Source: Squalus acanthias
Taxonomy: Eukaryota
Length of the DNA: 64,000 nt
Reading direction: 5' to 3'
NCBI GenBank assembly: GCA_030390025.1
Contig: CM059433.1
Span: 7,380,001 to 7,444,000, forward strand
Shown: piece after piece, positions 38,171 through 52,031 of the stretch
Layout: every line of letters starts with the position of its first letter
Numbering within the stretch: the stretch's first letter is position 1
Position numbers and translations under genes: made by a program
The notes under the pieces: model-generated
What the model saw: only the letters and a program-made list of their open reading frames with translations
Database searches by the model: none
Told to the model about the DNA's origin: nothing

Positions 38171-40542
38171 AGAAACAGGAATAGGCCATTCAGTCCCTCG
38201 AGCCTGTTCCGCCATTCAATGAGATCATGGCTGATCTGTGACCTAACTCCATATACCTGCCTTTGGCCCATACCCCTTAACACCTTTGGTTAACAAAAAG
38301 CTATCATCCTCAGATTTAAATTTAACAATTGATCTAGCATCAATTGCCGTTTGAGGAAGAAAGTTCCAAACTTCTACCACCCTTTGCGTGTAGAAGTGTT
38401 TACTAATTTCACTCCTGAAATGTCTGGCTCTTCTTTTTAGACTATGCCCCCAGTCCTAGAATCCCCAATTGCAGAAATAGTTTCTCTCTATCTACCCTAT
38501 CTGTTCCCTTAATATCCTGAAAATTTCGATTAGATTACCCTGAACCTTCTAAATTCTAGGGAATACAACCCTAATTTGTGTAATCTCTCCTTGTAACTTA
38601 ACCCTTGAAGTCCGGATATCATTCTGGTAAACCTACGCTGCACTCCCTCCAAGGCCAATATATCATTGAAGTCGTTAATAAATATTGTGAATAGTTGAGG
38701 CCCCAACACAGATCCCTGTGGGACACCACTAGTCACATCCTGCCAATTTGAGTACCTACCTAATATCCCTACTCTCGGTCTCCTGCCGCTCAGCCAATTT
38801 CCTAACCAGGTCAATAATTTGCCCTCAACTCCGTGGGCTTCTACCTTAGGAAACAGTCTCTTATGTGGGACTTTATCGAATGCCTTCTGGAAGTCCATAT
38901 AAATAACATCCATAGACATTCTCCTGTCCACTACTTTAGTCACCTCTTCAAAAAATTCAATCAGGTTTGTCAGGTATGACCTACCTTTCACAAATCCATG
39001 CTGGCTCTCTCTGGTCAACTGAAAATTTTCAAGATGTTCAGTCACCCTATCCTTAATTATAGATGCTAGCAATTTCCCCACAAGGCTAACTGGTCTATAA
39101 TTCCATGGTTTCCCTCTCTCGCCATTCTTAAAAAGCAGAATGACATGAATCTAGAGAACTTTGGAAGATTATAGTTAGGGCATCTGCAATGTGCTCACCT
39201 ATTTCCTTTAAAACCCTGGGATGGAAACCATCTGGCCCTGGGGATTTGTCACTCTTCAGTGCCATTATTTTATTACTGTTATTTTACCTACATTAATTTT
39301 ATTGAGTCCCTGTCCCCGATTCAATATTCGTTTCTTTGGGATTTCTGGCATGCTATCCTCCTCTTCTACTGTAAATACTGACGCAAAGTAATTATTCAAC
39401 ATGTCCGCCATTTCCCCATTGCCACTGACAATATCATCACTTTCAGTTTTTAAGGGGCTAACATTGCTCCTGACCACCCTCTTTTTCCTAATGTAACTAT
39501 AAAAATTCTTTGTATTGATTTTGATATCCCTTGCAAGTTTCTTTTCATACTCCCTTTTTATAGCTCTTACTATCTGTTTTGTGACCCTTTGCTGTTCTTT
39601 GTATCTTTCCCATTCGCCAGGATCTGTGTTATTTTTTGCATTTTTGTATGCCCATTCCTTCAGTTTTATGCTGTCCCTTACCTCTTTAGTTGTCCATGGC
39701 TTTTTTTTGGCCAAGTAGAGCTCTTGCCCCTCAGGGGTATAAACTGGTTCTGTATCATGTTAAATTTCTTTTTAAACATCTCCCACTGATCTTCTGTCGT
39801 TTTACCCATTAACAGGTTTGTCCAGTTTACTTTGGACAGTCTCTGCCTCACCCAGTTGAAGTCGGCCTTACCTAAATCTAGAATCTTAGTAGCAGTTTTG
39901 CGTTTCTCCCTTTCAAACGTTACTTTGAACTCGATCATGTTATGATCATTATTAGATAAATGTTCACGCAGTTAGGCTGTTAACTAAATCTGGCTCATTA
40001 CTCATTACTAAATCTAATAGGGCTTGCCCTCTTGTTGCCTCTAGGACATATTGTTGTAGAAAACTATCCCGGACACACTCAAGAAATTCACTACCTTTCT
40101 GACAGGTGCTAGTCTGCTTTTACCAATCTATATGAAAGTTAAAATCCACCATTAAAACCACTCTGCATGCTTGTCTAATCTCTGCATTTATACAATCTAG
40201 CACTTCAGAGCTGCTACCAGGGGGACTATACACAACTCCCACTACAGTCTTAGATCCTTTCCTATTTCTGAATTCAACCCATAAGGTCTCCACTGGCTGC
40301 ATACCTCTCTTTAAATCCTCTCTTATCATTGAAGTTATTTCATCCCTAATCACGAAGACTACTCCTCCCTCTCTGCCATTTTCCCTATCTGTCCTGTAAA
40401 CCTTATAACCTGATATATTTAGTTCCCAGTCCGGACTGTCCTGCAGCCATGTCTCAGTAATGGCTACCACGTCATACCCTCCAATTTGAATTTGTGCGTG
40501 CAGTTCATTCAATTTATTCCTTATATTCCGTGCGTTTGTATA
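38171..40542 (-). mobile_element. CR1 LINE ORF2 (APE and RT) with internal deletions
   Basis: [33 protein letters not shown] joined directly to DILALEGV. Confidence 0.92.
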
Positions 40543-41304
40543 AACTTGGGCGGTGGGGGCAGGAACTTGTTTGGAGGGGTGGGAGAAGGTCTTAACCCGC
40601 GAGGGTGAGCCCTGTCTGTTCCAAGTGAGCTCTGTTCTGTCTGGAGTAGGCAGTCAGAATGGCTCGAATTACACTTTGCAAAGTAACTGATTACGTAGGC
40701 GGGGAGATCTAATTACACATTCCAGAGAAATTACTGGGTGTGTCTTGTCCTCCAAGGGGACCAATCAGCAATCAGGACTTGTCATCCAAGGGAACCAATC
40801 AGAGCTTTAGGTGTTGCAAATAAACACATCCTTAAAAGTTAGGCCCTTTTGGATTAGGTGTAACTGGGGTTTCAACAGCGTATTGATAGCTAAAGAAAGG
40901 TTATGGCCCTGAAAAACTATTTTTAAATTTTGTGCAGCATCAAATTTAACCATTTTAATAAAAATTTAAATTAAGAAACTTTAAAAAATGTAATTTTTAA
41001 AAAAAGTTTGTTCATCTTTATTTCAGGTTTGCATTTTCCCCATGTGAGAGCCCCAATCTTTGTTTTGCTCTAACATTTTTAACAGTTAGAATTTTAAGAG
41101 CTTCCCCATTTCCTGGTTCACTGTCTGAGAATTCTGCGTTTTGATTCGCTGCTTAGATAGCTTGTTGACTTCACAGCAGCTTGCACTATGGGATTCCCAA
41201 TATACTACGTTGATTTGAATTACTTGCTGGAAAACCCAAACTTCTTGACACAGAGATCGTGAGATCTTTCTGTGAAGCTTACTTTGGGGCCAGCGGATTT
41301 TTTT

Positions 41305-44210
41305 TTATTCACTCCTGAGATGTGGGCGGCGCTGGTAAGGCCAGAATTTATTGCCCATCCCTAATTGCCCTCGAGAAGGTGGTGGTGAGCCTTCTTCAAC
41401 CGCTGCAGTCCGCGTGTTGAAGGTACTCCCATGGTGCTGTTAGGGAGGGAGTTCCAGGATTCTGACCCAGTGATGATGAAGGAACGGCGATCTATTTCCA
41501 AGTCAGGATGGTGTGTGACTTGGAGGGGAACATGGAGATGATGGTGTTCCCATGCGCCTGCCTCCCTTGGCCTTCTAGGTGGTAGAGGTCGCGGATTTGG
41601 GAGGTACTATTGAAAAAGCCTTGGCGAGTTGCTGCAGTGCATCTTGTAGATGGTAAATGCTGCAGACACTGTGTGCCGGTGGTAGAGGGAGTGAATGTTT
41701 AAGGTAGTGGATGGGGTGCCAATCAAGCGGGCTGCTTTGTCCTGGATGGTGTTGAGCTTCTCGAGTGTTGTTGGAGCTGCACGCATCCAGGCAAGTGGAG
41801 AGTATTCCATCACACTCCTGACTTGTGCCTTGTAGATGGTTGAAAGGCTTTGGGGAGTCAGGTGGTGAGACACTCGCCGCAGAATACCCAGCCTCTGACC
41901 TGCACTTGTTGCACAGTATTTATGTGGCTGGTCCAGTTAAGTTTCTGGTTAATGGTGACCCTCAGGATGTTGATGGTGGGCGATTTAGCGATGGCAATGC
42001 TGTTGAATGTCATGGGGCAGTGGTTAGACTCTCCTTTGTTGGAGACAGTTATTGCCTGGCACTTGTGTGGCACGAATGTTACTTGCCACTTAGCAGCCCA
42101 AGCCTGAATGTCATCAAGGTCTTGCAACATGCGGCCATGAAGTGCTTCATTATCTGATGAGTTGCGGATGAAACTGAACACTGTGCAATCATCAGTGAAC
42201 ATCACCACTTCTGACCTTACGATGGAGGGAAGGTCAATGATGAAGCACTCCTGCAGCAATGTCCTGGGGCTGAGATGATTGGCCTCCAACAACCACAACC
42301 ACCTTCCTTTGTGCTAGGTGTGACTCCAGCCAGTGAAGAGTTTTCCCCGATTCCCAGTGACTTCAATTTTACTAGGGCTCCTTGATGCCACACACAGTCA
42401 AATGGTGCCTTGATGTCAAGGGCAGTCACTCTCACCTCACCTCTGGAATTCAGCTCGTCTGTCCATGTTTGGACCAAGGCTGTAATGAGGTCTGGAGCCG
42501 AGTGGTCCTGGCAGAACCCAAACTGAGCATCGGTGAGCAGGTTATTGGTGAGTAAGTACTGCTTGATAGCACTGTCGACGACACCTTCCATCACTGTGCT
42601 GATGGTTGGGAGTAGACTGATGGGGCGGTAATTGGCCGGATTGGATTTGTCCTGCTTTTTGTGGACAGGTCATACCTGGGCAGTTTTCCACATTGTCAGG
42701 TAGATGCCAGTGTTGTAGCTGTACTGGAACAGCTTGGCAAGAGGCGCAGCTAGTTCTGGAGCATGTCTTCAGCACGACAGCCAGGATGTTGTCGGGGTCC
42801 ATAGCCTTTGCGGTATCCAGTGCACTCAGCCACTTCTTGATATCACGTGGAGTGAATCGAATTGGCTGAAGATTGGCTTCTGTGATGGTGGGGACCTCAG
42901 GAGGAGACCAATATGGATCATCTACTTGGCACTTCTGGCTGAAGATGGTCGCAAACGCTTCAGCTTTGTCTTTTGCACTCACGTGCTGGGCTCCGCCATC
43001 ATTGAGGATGTGGATATTCATGGAGCCTCCTCCTCCCGATAGTTGTTTAATAGTCCACCACCCACGACTGGATGTGGCAGGACTGCAGAGCTTTGGTCTG
43101 ATCCTTGATTGCAGGATCGCTTAGCTCTGTCTATAGCATGCTGCTTCCGCTGTTTAGCATGCATGTAGTCCTATATTGCAGTTTCCCCAGGTTGGCACCT
43201 CATTTTTAGGTACGCCTGGTGCTGCTCCTGGCATGCTCTTCTGCACTCCTCATTGAACCAGGGTTGGTCCCCTGGCTTGATGGTAATGGTAGAGTGAGGG
43301 ATATGCCAGGCCATGAGGTTAGATTGTGGTGGAATACAATTCTGCTGCTGCTGAGGGCCCACAGCGTCTCACAGATACCCAGTTTTGAGCTGCTAGACCT
43401 GTTCTGAATCTATCCCATTTAGCACGGTGGTAGTGCCACACAATATGATGGAGGGCGCCCACAGTGTGAAGGTGGGACGTCGTCTCCACAAGGACTGTGC
43501 AGTGGTCACTGCTACCAATACGGTCATGGACAGATGCATCCGCGACAGGTAGATTGGTGAGGACGAAGTTAAGTAGGTTTTTCCCTTGTGTTGGTTCTCT
43601 TCCCACCTGCCGCAGGCCCAGTCAGGCAGTTATGTCCTTCAGGACTCGGCCAGCTTGGTCAGTAGTGGTGCTACCGAGCCATTCTTGGTGATGGACATTG
43701 AAGTCCCCCACCCAGAGTAGATTCTGTGCTCTTGCTACCCTCAGCGTTTCTTCCAAGTGTTCAACATGGAGGAGTACTGATTCATCAGCTGAAGGAGGGA
43801 GGTAGGTGCTAATCAGCAGGAGGTTTCCTTGCCCTGTTTGACCTGAGCCATGAGACTTCATGGGGTCCGGAGTCAATGTTGTGTACACCCAGGGCCACCC
43901 CCTCCTGACTGTATACCACTGTGCCACCACATCTGGTGCGTCTGCCCTGCCGGTGGGACAGGACATACCCAGGAATGGTGATGGGAGGAGGCTGGAACAT
44001 TGGCTGAAAGGTATGATTCTGTGAGTATGACTATGTCAGGCTGTTGCTTGACTAGTCTGTGGGACAGCTCTCTCACTTTTGGCACAAGTCCCCAGATGTT
44101 AGTGAAGAGGACTTTGCAGGGTCGACTGCGCTGGGTGTGCCTGTGTCGTGTCCAAAGCCAGGTGCCTAGGTCGATGCCGGGTGGCCCGTCCGGTTTTATG
44201 CTTATTATTG
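41305..44210 (-). mobile_element. Near-complete degenerate ORF2 of a second CR1/L2-group LINE family
   Basis: PDIVILTESYL, GDFNVHH, SDH, QFGF, ALDIKAPFD, FTDD, YKAQVRSVMEY; A-rich tail. Confidence 0.88.
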
Positions 44211-44687
44211 TATCGAAAATTCTATGATTCTATCGAAAGGAACATGCCATTTTTAGCCACTATCACTTAATTTTAGAATTCTACTCGCAAGCTACAAAAG
44301 CTCATGGCGCTAAAAACTTTTGCAAACTTAATAGGAAAAGTAAGCAGCAAACAAATCAGCAGGGAGAAGTTAATCTCCAGCCAATGGCTCCAAGAAAAGC
44401 ACTTTCAGTGCTGTAAAATGAAGTGGTTAATATATAATTAATGTTGTTAAAGGGAAAGACAATTTTCCTATTGAATTTTTCTCCCATGATGTTTTCTCAC
44501 ATTGTCAGAAGCAATCAAGATTGGACAAGTTCCTATGGTATTTGAGGAACGCCTGAATGAATCACTTGGTCTAAAATTTTTATAATATACTATATTGATC
44601 GAAGCTGTGTAATGGTCATATTTTCATCAATAATCCAATATTAACGTTGTTAGAAATCAAGCCTTTTTTGTAACTTGCAAAGTATAT

Positions 44688-45525
44688 GGGCTGGATTTTC
44701 AATGACCCGTGGAGTCGGGTTTGGAGGCGGGGGGGGGGGGGTTAAAGTTGCAGATTCGGGGGTCCCGACCCCATCCCGCCTCCAAGCCAGTTTTGCTGGC
44801 GGTGGGTACCCGACCTGTGCCGAGACCCACCTCCCCGAGGCGGGAAGGGATTAGTGACAATTAACTGCCTGTTAACAGCTAGTTAACAGGCAGTTTTTTT
44901 TGCATAATCCCTATTTTAAAAGGAGAAATGTGGGCTTCCCGACAGGTGGCAACCACGCCAAGTAATCGGGGCGGACCATGGGTCTGCAGGGGTTGGAGGG
45001 GTCGATATGTCTGGTGGGCAGGTGAGTGATGGGTGCATGTGTGCAGAGGTAAGTGTGTAAGGTAAGTGCTAAGTGTTGGAAAAAGTTTTACTTACCTTAA
45101 CTTCCTCCTGCAGGTGTCAGCCCTTCAGTTCTCGGGAGTCAGAAATCTCACCGGCACAGAAAGCAGAAAAGCCGTGGTCCTGTCAAAAACTGCAGCCTTC
45201 TGTTTTCTGTGGTGGAATGATTTCTAACTCAGCCTGAGAGGAAGGACTGAAGTTAGAAATCATATTGTCAGTGTTTGACAGCTTCACAGAGCTGTCAAAC
45301 GCTGATATTTCATCTGTCAAAAGCTCTTGACAGATGAAATGTCAGTCTGTGACGTCACCTGTTGCCGGGTGGCCCTTAATTGGCCTGCTGAGCTCACTGG
45401 GCGGGCTCAACAAGGTCAATCAAGGGAAAATACAGTGGGTTGGCCACATCTCGATGGAGGCGGGTTCACAAGCCAGAATGTGTGATTCACGACTCCACCC
45501 CGACCCCAGATTCAAAATCCAGCCC
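44688..45525. mobile_element. Harbinger-like MITE
   Basis: Perfect 12-bp TIR GGGCTGGATTTT; 3-bp TSD TAT on both sides. Confidence 0.85.
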
Positions 45526-45940
45526 TATGTGTCTAACCCATAAAGAGGTACAAAAGATTGGAATTAAGGGTATATTTGAAGCAAATGCAGCATTTCGGTG
45601 ATCACAAAATTCTTCAAAATAAAACAGAATTGTTACAATATTGTAGCTGCAAAATTAATAATGTAATAGTACTCAAAGATTTAATAGTACAAGTCACTCA
45701 TGCACATAAATATTTGACATCTTAATGCTTTAAAAGAATAAATGTTACTGTAATTAAACTCTTTTAAATTTTAACATTTGCTATAAAAGTATGACAGACT
45801 TGTTGTCTTGGATAAATATTTAGACAAGTTTGTTCTCCGAACGTAAACTACAACAATGTGACTAATAACTGAATAAAAATGAAGTTTGCTAATAGTACAC
45901 AGACATGTACATGCACTGGGGTACAAAATAAATTGCTCAC

Positions 45941-46027
45941 CTCTTTTTGTTCTACCTGGAGCCCTGCTTTTAGTACATCTCGAAGCTGAACTAGCTGTTT
46001 TCTTTCCTCATCCTGCACTTGCTTAAT
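45941..46027 (-). CDS. ASAP2: ASAP2 exon, end of BAR (IKQVQDEERKQLVQLRDVLKAGLQVEQKE)
   Basis: cag/gtgag; 87 nt; phase 0 to 0. Confidence 0.95.
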
Positions 46028-46737
46028 CTGGAAATAAAATCTTTGTGGTCATATTTCACGTAGCAAAAATATTTCTTCTAGCCATAAGAAGCAGATTCAT
46101 AAAAAGTAGGAACATGACTGTTTTTCTCCATAATTATAGATCTACTAACAAAATCACATTCTCACAGTAATCATCAATGGGGTGATAATTACAAAGGAAA
46201 ATTCACTCACTTTTTGCAAAAAGAATTTTTGGGGCCTGGTGTGTTGCTAACCTCATCCAGTCAAAAAGAAGCTGGTAGAGGGGAAAATGATTCAGAGCCC
46301 GAGTCATCCCCAGAGTGCCCAGCGCAGCAAAATCTAACAAAATAGCTCAAAGTACAACAATTTTTCTTTTTCCTCCTTATCGCTCTTCATTTAATTATTT
46401 CAGCCATCACTTAATTGTTTTTAGTTTTAATCCCTGTTGGCGCTTAGATTCTCATGAGCCTTTGAGCCAAATGCCAGAGTACCATTACTGACATTAATAA
46501 GTTTCACAATGGGAATTGTATGGGGTTCAGGACCAAGTCATGAGGTGTATTTGTGGCAAAAGGGAGGTGGCTGCAGGAAGGGCAAGGTCCTGCCTACAAG
46601 GACTTGTCCAAATACTCTGGAGGGGTCATGAGCCCAGCATTTTTGCCAAAGTCCCTCACATGAGGACCTAGATTAAGCAGTTGGTGATGAGTAAGCCTGG
46701 TACGTGGCATTAGACTTGGTCATCTGTTCTGAATATG

Positions 46738-47910
46738 GGCTTTCAAAAGGCATTTGATAAAGTCCCACATAATAGACTTGTTAGCAAAATTGAAACCGAT
46801 GGGATTAAAGGGGCAGTGGCTGCATGAATAAGAAATTGGCTCAGGGACAGAAAGCAGAGTAGTGGTGAATGGTTGATTTTCAGACTGGAGGGAAGTGTAC
46901 AGTGGTGTCCCTCAGGTGTTAGTGTTGGGACCAATGCTCTATTTGATATATTATATATAAATGACCTGGACTTGGGTAAACAGGGCATAATTTCAAAGCT
47001 TGCCAATGACACGAAACTCAGAAATGTAATAAACAGTGAGGAGGATAGCAACAGACTTCAGGAGGACATAGACAGACTGGTGAAATGGGCAGACACGTGG
47101 CAGATGAAATTTAATGAAGAGAAGTGTGAAGTGATTCATTTTGGTAGGAAGAATGTGGAGAAGCAATATAAACTAAATGGTACAATTTTAAAGGGGGTGC
47201 AGGAACAGAAAGACCTGGGGGTGTACGTACACAAGTCTTTGAAGGTGGTAGGACAAGTTGAGAAGACTGTTAAAAAGACATACTGGATCCTTGGCTTTAT
47301 AAATAGAGGCACAGAGTACAAAAGCAAGGAAGTTATGCTCAACTTTTATAAAACACTGGTTAAGCCCCAGCTGTAGTATTGTGGCCAATTCTAGGCACCA
47401 CACTTTAGGAAGGATATCAAGGCCTTGGAGAGGGTGTAGAGGAGATTTACTAGAATAGTATCAGGGATGCAGGACTTCAGTTATGTGGAGAGACTAGAAA
47501 AACTGGGGTTGTTCTCCTTAAAGCAGAGACGGTTAAGGGGAGATTTAACAGAGGTGTTCAAAATCATCATGATTTTGATAGAGGAAATGAGAAACGGTTT
47601 CCAGTGGCAGAAGGGTTGTTAACCAGAGGACACAGATTGAAGGTGATTGGCAAAAGAATCAGTGGCGACATCAGGAAACTTTTTTTATACAGCGAGTTGT
47701 TGTGATCTGGAATACACTGCCTCAAAGGGTGGTGGAAGCAGATTCAATGGTAATATTCCAAAGAGAATTGGATAAATACATGAACGGAAAAAAATGACAG
47801 GGCTATGGGAAAAGAGCAGGGGAGTGGGATTAATTGGATAGCTCTACCAAAGAGCTGGAAAAGGTACGATGGGCCGAATGGCCTCCTTCTGTGCTGTATC
47901 ATTCTATGAT
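46738..47910 (+). mobile_element. CR1 3' fragment
   Basis: FQKAFDKV through ATTCTATG tail; ORF 46873..47376. Confidence 0.9.
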
Positions 47911-48805
47911 CATAAGAAATAGGAGCAGGAGTAGGCCATTTGGCCCTTCGAGCCTGCTCCGCCATTCAATAAGATCATAGCCGATCTTCTATCTCATCTC
48001 CATTTTCCTGAACTATCCCTTGATTCCCTTAATATTCAAAAATCTATATCTCTTTCTTGAATATACTCAATGACAGAGCCTCCACAGCCCTCTGGGGTAG
48101 AGAATTCCAAAGATTCACCACCTGCTGAGTGAAGAAATTTCTCCTCATCTCAGTCCTAAATGGCCGACCCCTTATTCTGAGACTGTGACCCCTGGTTCTA
48201 GACTCCCGAGCCAGGGGAAACATCCTCCCTGCATCTACCCTGTCAAGACCTGTAAGAATTTTCTATGTTACAATGAGATCACCTCTCATTCTTCTAAACT
48301 CTACAGAATATAGGCCTAGTCTACTCAATCTCTCCTCATAGGACAATCCCCCCCATCACAGGAACCAGTCTGGTGAACCTTTGTTGCATTCCCTCCCTCT
48401 ATGGCAAGTATATCCTTCCTTAGGTCAGGAGACCAAAACTGTACACAATACTCCAGGTGTGGTCTCACCAGGGCCCTATATAATTGCAGTAAGACGTCTT
48501 TACTCTTATACTCAAATCCTCTTGTAATAAAGGCCAACGGACCATTTGCTTTCCTAATTGCTTGCTGTACCTGCATGTTAACTTTCAGTGATTCGTGTAC
48601 AAGGACACCCAGCTCCCTCTGAACACTAACTTTTCCCAATCTCTCACCATTTAAAAAATACTCTGCTTTTCCTACCAAAGTGGATAACTTCACATTTCTC
48701 CACATTATATTCCATTTGCCATGTTCTTGCCCACTCACTTAGCCTGTCTATATTCCCTTGAAGCCTCCTTGCATCCTCCTCACAATTTACATTCCCACCC
48801 AGCTC
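47911..48805 (-). mobile_element. CR1 3' fragment, tail-to-tail with the previous copy
   Basis: RPHLEYCVQFWSP; tail abuts at ATTCTATGAT|CATAAGAAAT. Confidence 0.9.
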
Positions 48806-50413
48806 GAAGTGTCTGGCACGATGCAAGCTGTCCTAAGCAACACCACCATGCTGAATGCAGATGCTTGTCATATAGGGGATAAGGAAATTCTTGAGACTTG
48901 AGATGTGAGGTACTGTGACAGGTCCAGTAATTTAATAGCTAAACCAAGCAGATCTGCAGTACTCTAAGGCAATGTAATAACTGGCTTACTAATGGAATCT
49001 GGAGGAGTGCACAGCCAATGGGGTCTCGGATCAGCTTCAGATAACCCTGCAAGACAACACCCCACTGGGTAGGGCAGTCCGAGCAGGGCAAACAATGGGA
49101 AGCAGCTCTGGTTAGTTGCACAGTTTTAGTTGGTTAAACTCCAGAAGTACACCTGTGCACACACAGGAGCTCTTAAACCTAGGTTCTGTCAGTCTACACC
49201 ATAACTCTCGAAACTTAAGTAGAATGTGCCCCTTGGGAAGAGACTGAATACTGCTTAATGGGTCAGCAAAACACAGTGAGTAGAAATTTCTCACTAGCTT
49301 GATTCTGAGGGTATTAGATATTGTGACAGGTTGCCATGAGCGTCAAGACACCTGGCTGATTAAAGAAAAAATCAAGACCCAATGTAGTCTGGATGGCTAT
49401 ACCCACCAAGACGACACCAAGCATTCCAGCAGTCCTGGCTTACCTGGCAATGACTGTGGGGAAGTGTCTTCTCAGGGCCTGGGTGAGCAGAGAGGCAAAT
49501 GCAGAGCTGTGTCGTTAACTACAACGACACCTGCAGCTACCATGCAGCATAGGCTGCCACATTCAATCATAGTGATGGTCAGCTGTGGCTTATCTAATTG
49601 GAGGTATGCTACAGTGCTAGCCTATGGGGATTTTGAGCTGTGGAGTAGCACAATAGACCACCGTCCTCATAATTACCTCTTGCAACATTACCTCCATTTC
49701 AGCAGGCAGAGGGTTAGGTGCAGGACTGCTCTGTTACTTGCCTGAAGACTCAAATCTGCACCTTGGAGTTTCTTATCCTTTCATTTTGGTTGCCACTTCT
49801 CAGTCTCCTTCCCCTTCAGCCTTGGAAAAGACTACTGATGGGATGAGATGCCTTTTGAGGGTATCCAAAGGCTTTCAGCACTTTTAAAAATCCTTGTGAT
49901 ACTTCCCTTTAATTCTCCCCATTTCAAATTTCACTTACACACAACTTTCCACCTTTAGTATGCTCCCTGTACCCATCCAAATCCATACTTGAAGCTATGC
50001 TAATGAGCTGACCTGAGAGAATTAGGTGCAAGCAATATATTTGGATTTGAGTGTGGTTAAACCCCAACAAAAGCAGAAAATCCAGATTCAAACGTCACCG
50101 GGCTATTAAACCATGGAGGGCAACATGGCTAAACCTGACCCTGCCCCGAAATTCACATACGCGCACTTTCCAGCGGCAGCTACTGCAGAGTGTTCAAGTG
50201 CAGGCTTCTCCCTTCCCTCTAGCCCAATGCAATAAGGCCAATTATAAGACCAAAGTGTTGCCCTAGCTGAGGTCAACTGACTCAACAGAGACCAGAAATC
50301 AAACGAGAGACCTGTATGACTTGGTTTTACATACTTTAAGCCATCACAAGAGTAATTTGCATGTTTTCACAATATGCAGATACAGTTTCAGTCACAGTAA
50401 TAATTGCACTTAC

Positions 50414-50489
50414 AGCATGCAAATCTGTAGCCAGCTTTTCCATGGAGGGTTTTAAACTTTCTACAGCCTTCAAGCCATCCTGAAAGAAA
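50414..50489 (-). CDS. ASAP2: ASAP2 exon, BAR (FFQDGLKAVESLKPSMEKLATDLHA)
   Basis: cag/gtaagt; 76 nt; in phase. Confidence 0.95.
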
Positions 50490-50685
50490 CTGTTTCTAAA
50501 CAGTTAAACTGGAATACATCATACATCTTAAGCATAAATTATGGCTCATAATAATGCCATAAACTGAGCAAACAATGTGACAGATTTTAAAAATAAATAC
50601 TGCATAAATTCTATTAAAATTAAACATGTAATTTAAACAGTTATGAATTTTTCATAGAACAGGAATAAAAAATGCAAAAACTTAC

Positions 50686-50771
50686 TTGCATTGTGCGTGA
50701 AAATATTTAATCAGGTTCTGGAGTAAATCAACACCTTTCTTAATCTTGATCTCATTGACTTTAAGCAAATA
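50686..50771 (-). CDS. ASAP2: ASAP2 exon, BAR (YLLKVNEIKIKKGVDLLQNLIKYFHAQC)
   Basis: cag/gtaag; 86 nt; in phase. Confidence 0.96.
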
Positions 50772-51591
50772 CTGTAGGAAAAAAGTATATTTTGAAGCTG
50801 AAAAGTCAGAACGATTCAACATTGAAGAAAAAAAAAGTGCAACAAAAAATTCTCGAGAAAGGCATGCAACTGCAGGATCCGATGTGATCTGTAAATTTAC
50901 CTACACAATACATGAACTTTAAAATAAAGTCAACATGTGCTAACTATGCATTACAAATAATCACATAACTTTATGTTGTTTAATAAAATTGCTAAGAAAG
51001 AGATTAAGAATGTTGCACATCAGTACAATTTGTGTGTGTGTGGATTTAATAGCATCTATAAAAATACAATGAGTTGTGATAACAATGGGGCTGAAAATCC
51101 TCAGCCCTGCTCCACCAGAAACACAAGACTGGGTGCCAGTAACTTTCACTTTTGAACCTGCCGAAGTATCTGGGGTCAGGGCAAGGTTTCAATATAAATA
51201 CCTACTGTAGCACCCATACCACAATGGGTACATCTTGAGCACTCCCACGGATGAGGGAATGCATTTACAGCCGGCACCAATGGGCAGGGAAATTATTATT
51301 TTTTATTTAAGATCAGCCCAATTACCCCCTTTATAAGTGAGCCCAAGATACTTTGAGGGGGGGGGGGTCCACATCAGTAGCCCCAGGTAGGTCCCATTGC
51401 ACTGCTGTGCCAACCTATATGTCAGATTCATCACAGTGGCCAGGTTGTTCAGCGATAAAGAGGCCAAGGCTAAAGAAAATCACAGAATGCCCGCCCAAGG
51501 CCCTGTGGGAATTGCCAACTGGCAGAAATCTGAGTGAAGGCCAAGCATTCCCAAGTCCTGAAAGAACAGAAAGAAAGCAAGGAAAGGAAAA

Positions 51592-52031
51592 GAAAACCTT
51601 ATTTATATAACGCCTTCCACAACTTCCTGACATCCCAAAAGTGCTTTACATCCAAGGAGGTACTTTTAAAATATAGTCACTGTTGTAATGTAGGAAAAGT
51701 AGCAGCCAATTTGTGCACAGCAAGATTCCACAAACAGCAATGTGATAATGACCAAATAATCACTTTTTAGTGATGTTGGTTGAGGGATAAATATTGGCCA
51801 GGACACCTGCTCTTCTTTGAAATAGTGTTAGGGGATCTTTTACATCCACCTGAGAGCGCAGATGGGGCCTCGGTTTAACATCTTATCTAAAAGATCGCAC
51901 CTCCAACAGTGTAGCACTCCCTCAGTACTACACTGAAGTGCCAGCCTAGATCTTGTCTCTGGAGTGGGATCTGAACCTCTGAGTCAGCCTTCTAACTCGA
52001 GGCAAGAGTGCTACCATTGAGCCATGGCTGA
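51592..52031 (-). mobile_element. Deu-type SINE (SacSINE1/AmnSINE1-like), near full length
   Basis: tRNA-like head; core GTTAAACCGAGGCCCC...CTCTCAGGTGGATGTAAAAGATCCC; L2-like tail. Confidence 0.8.
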
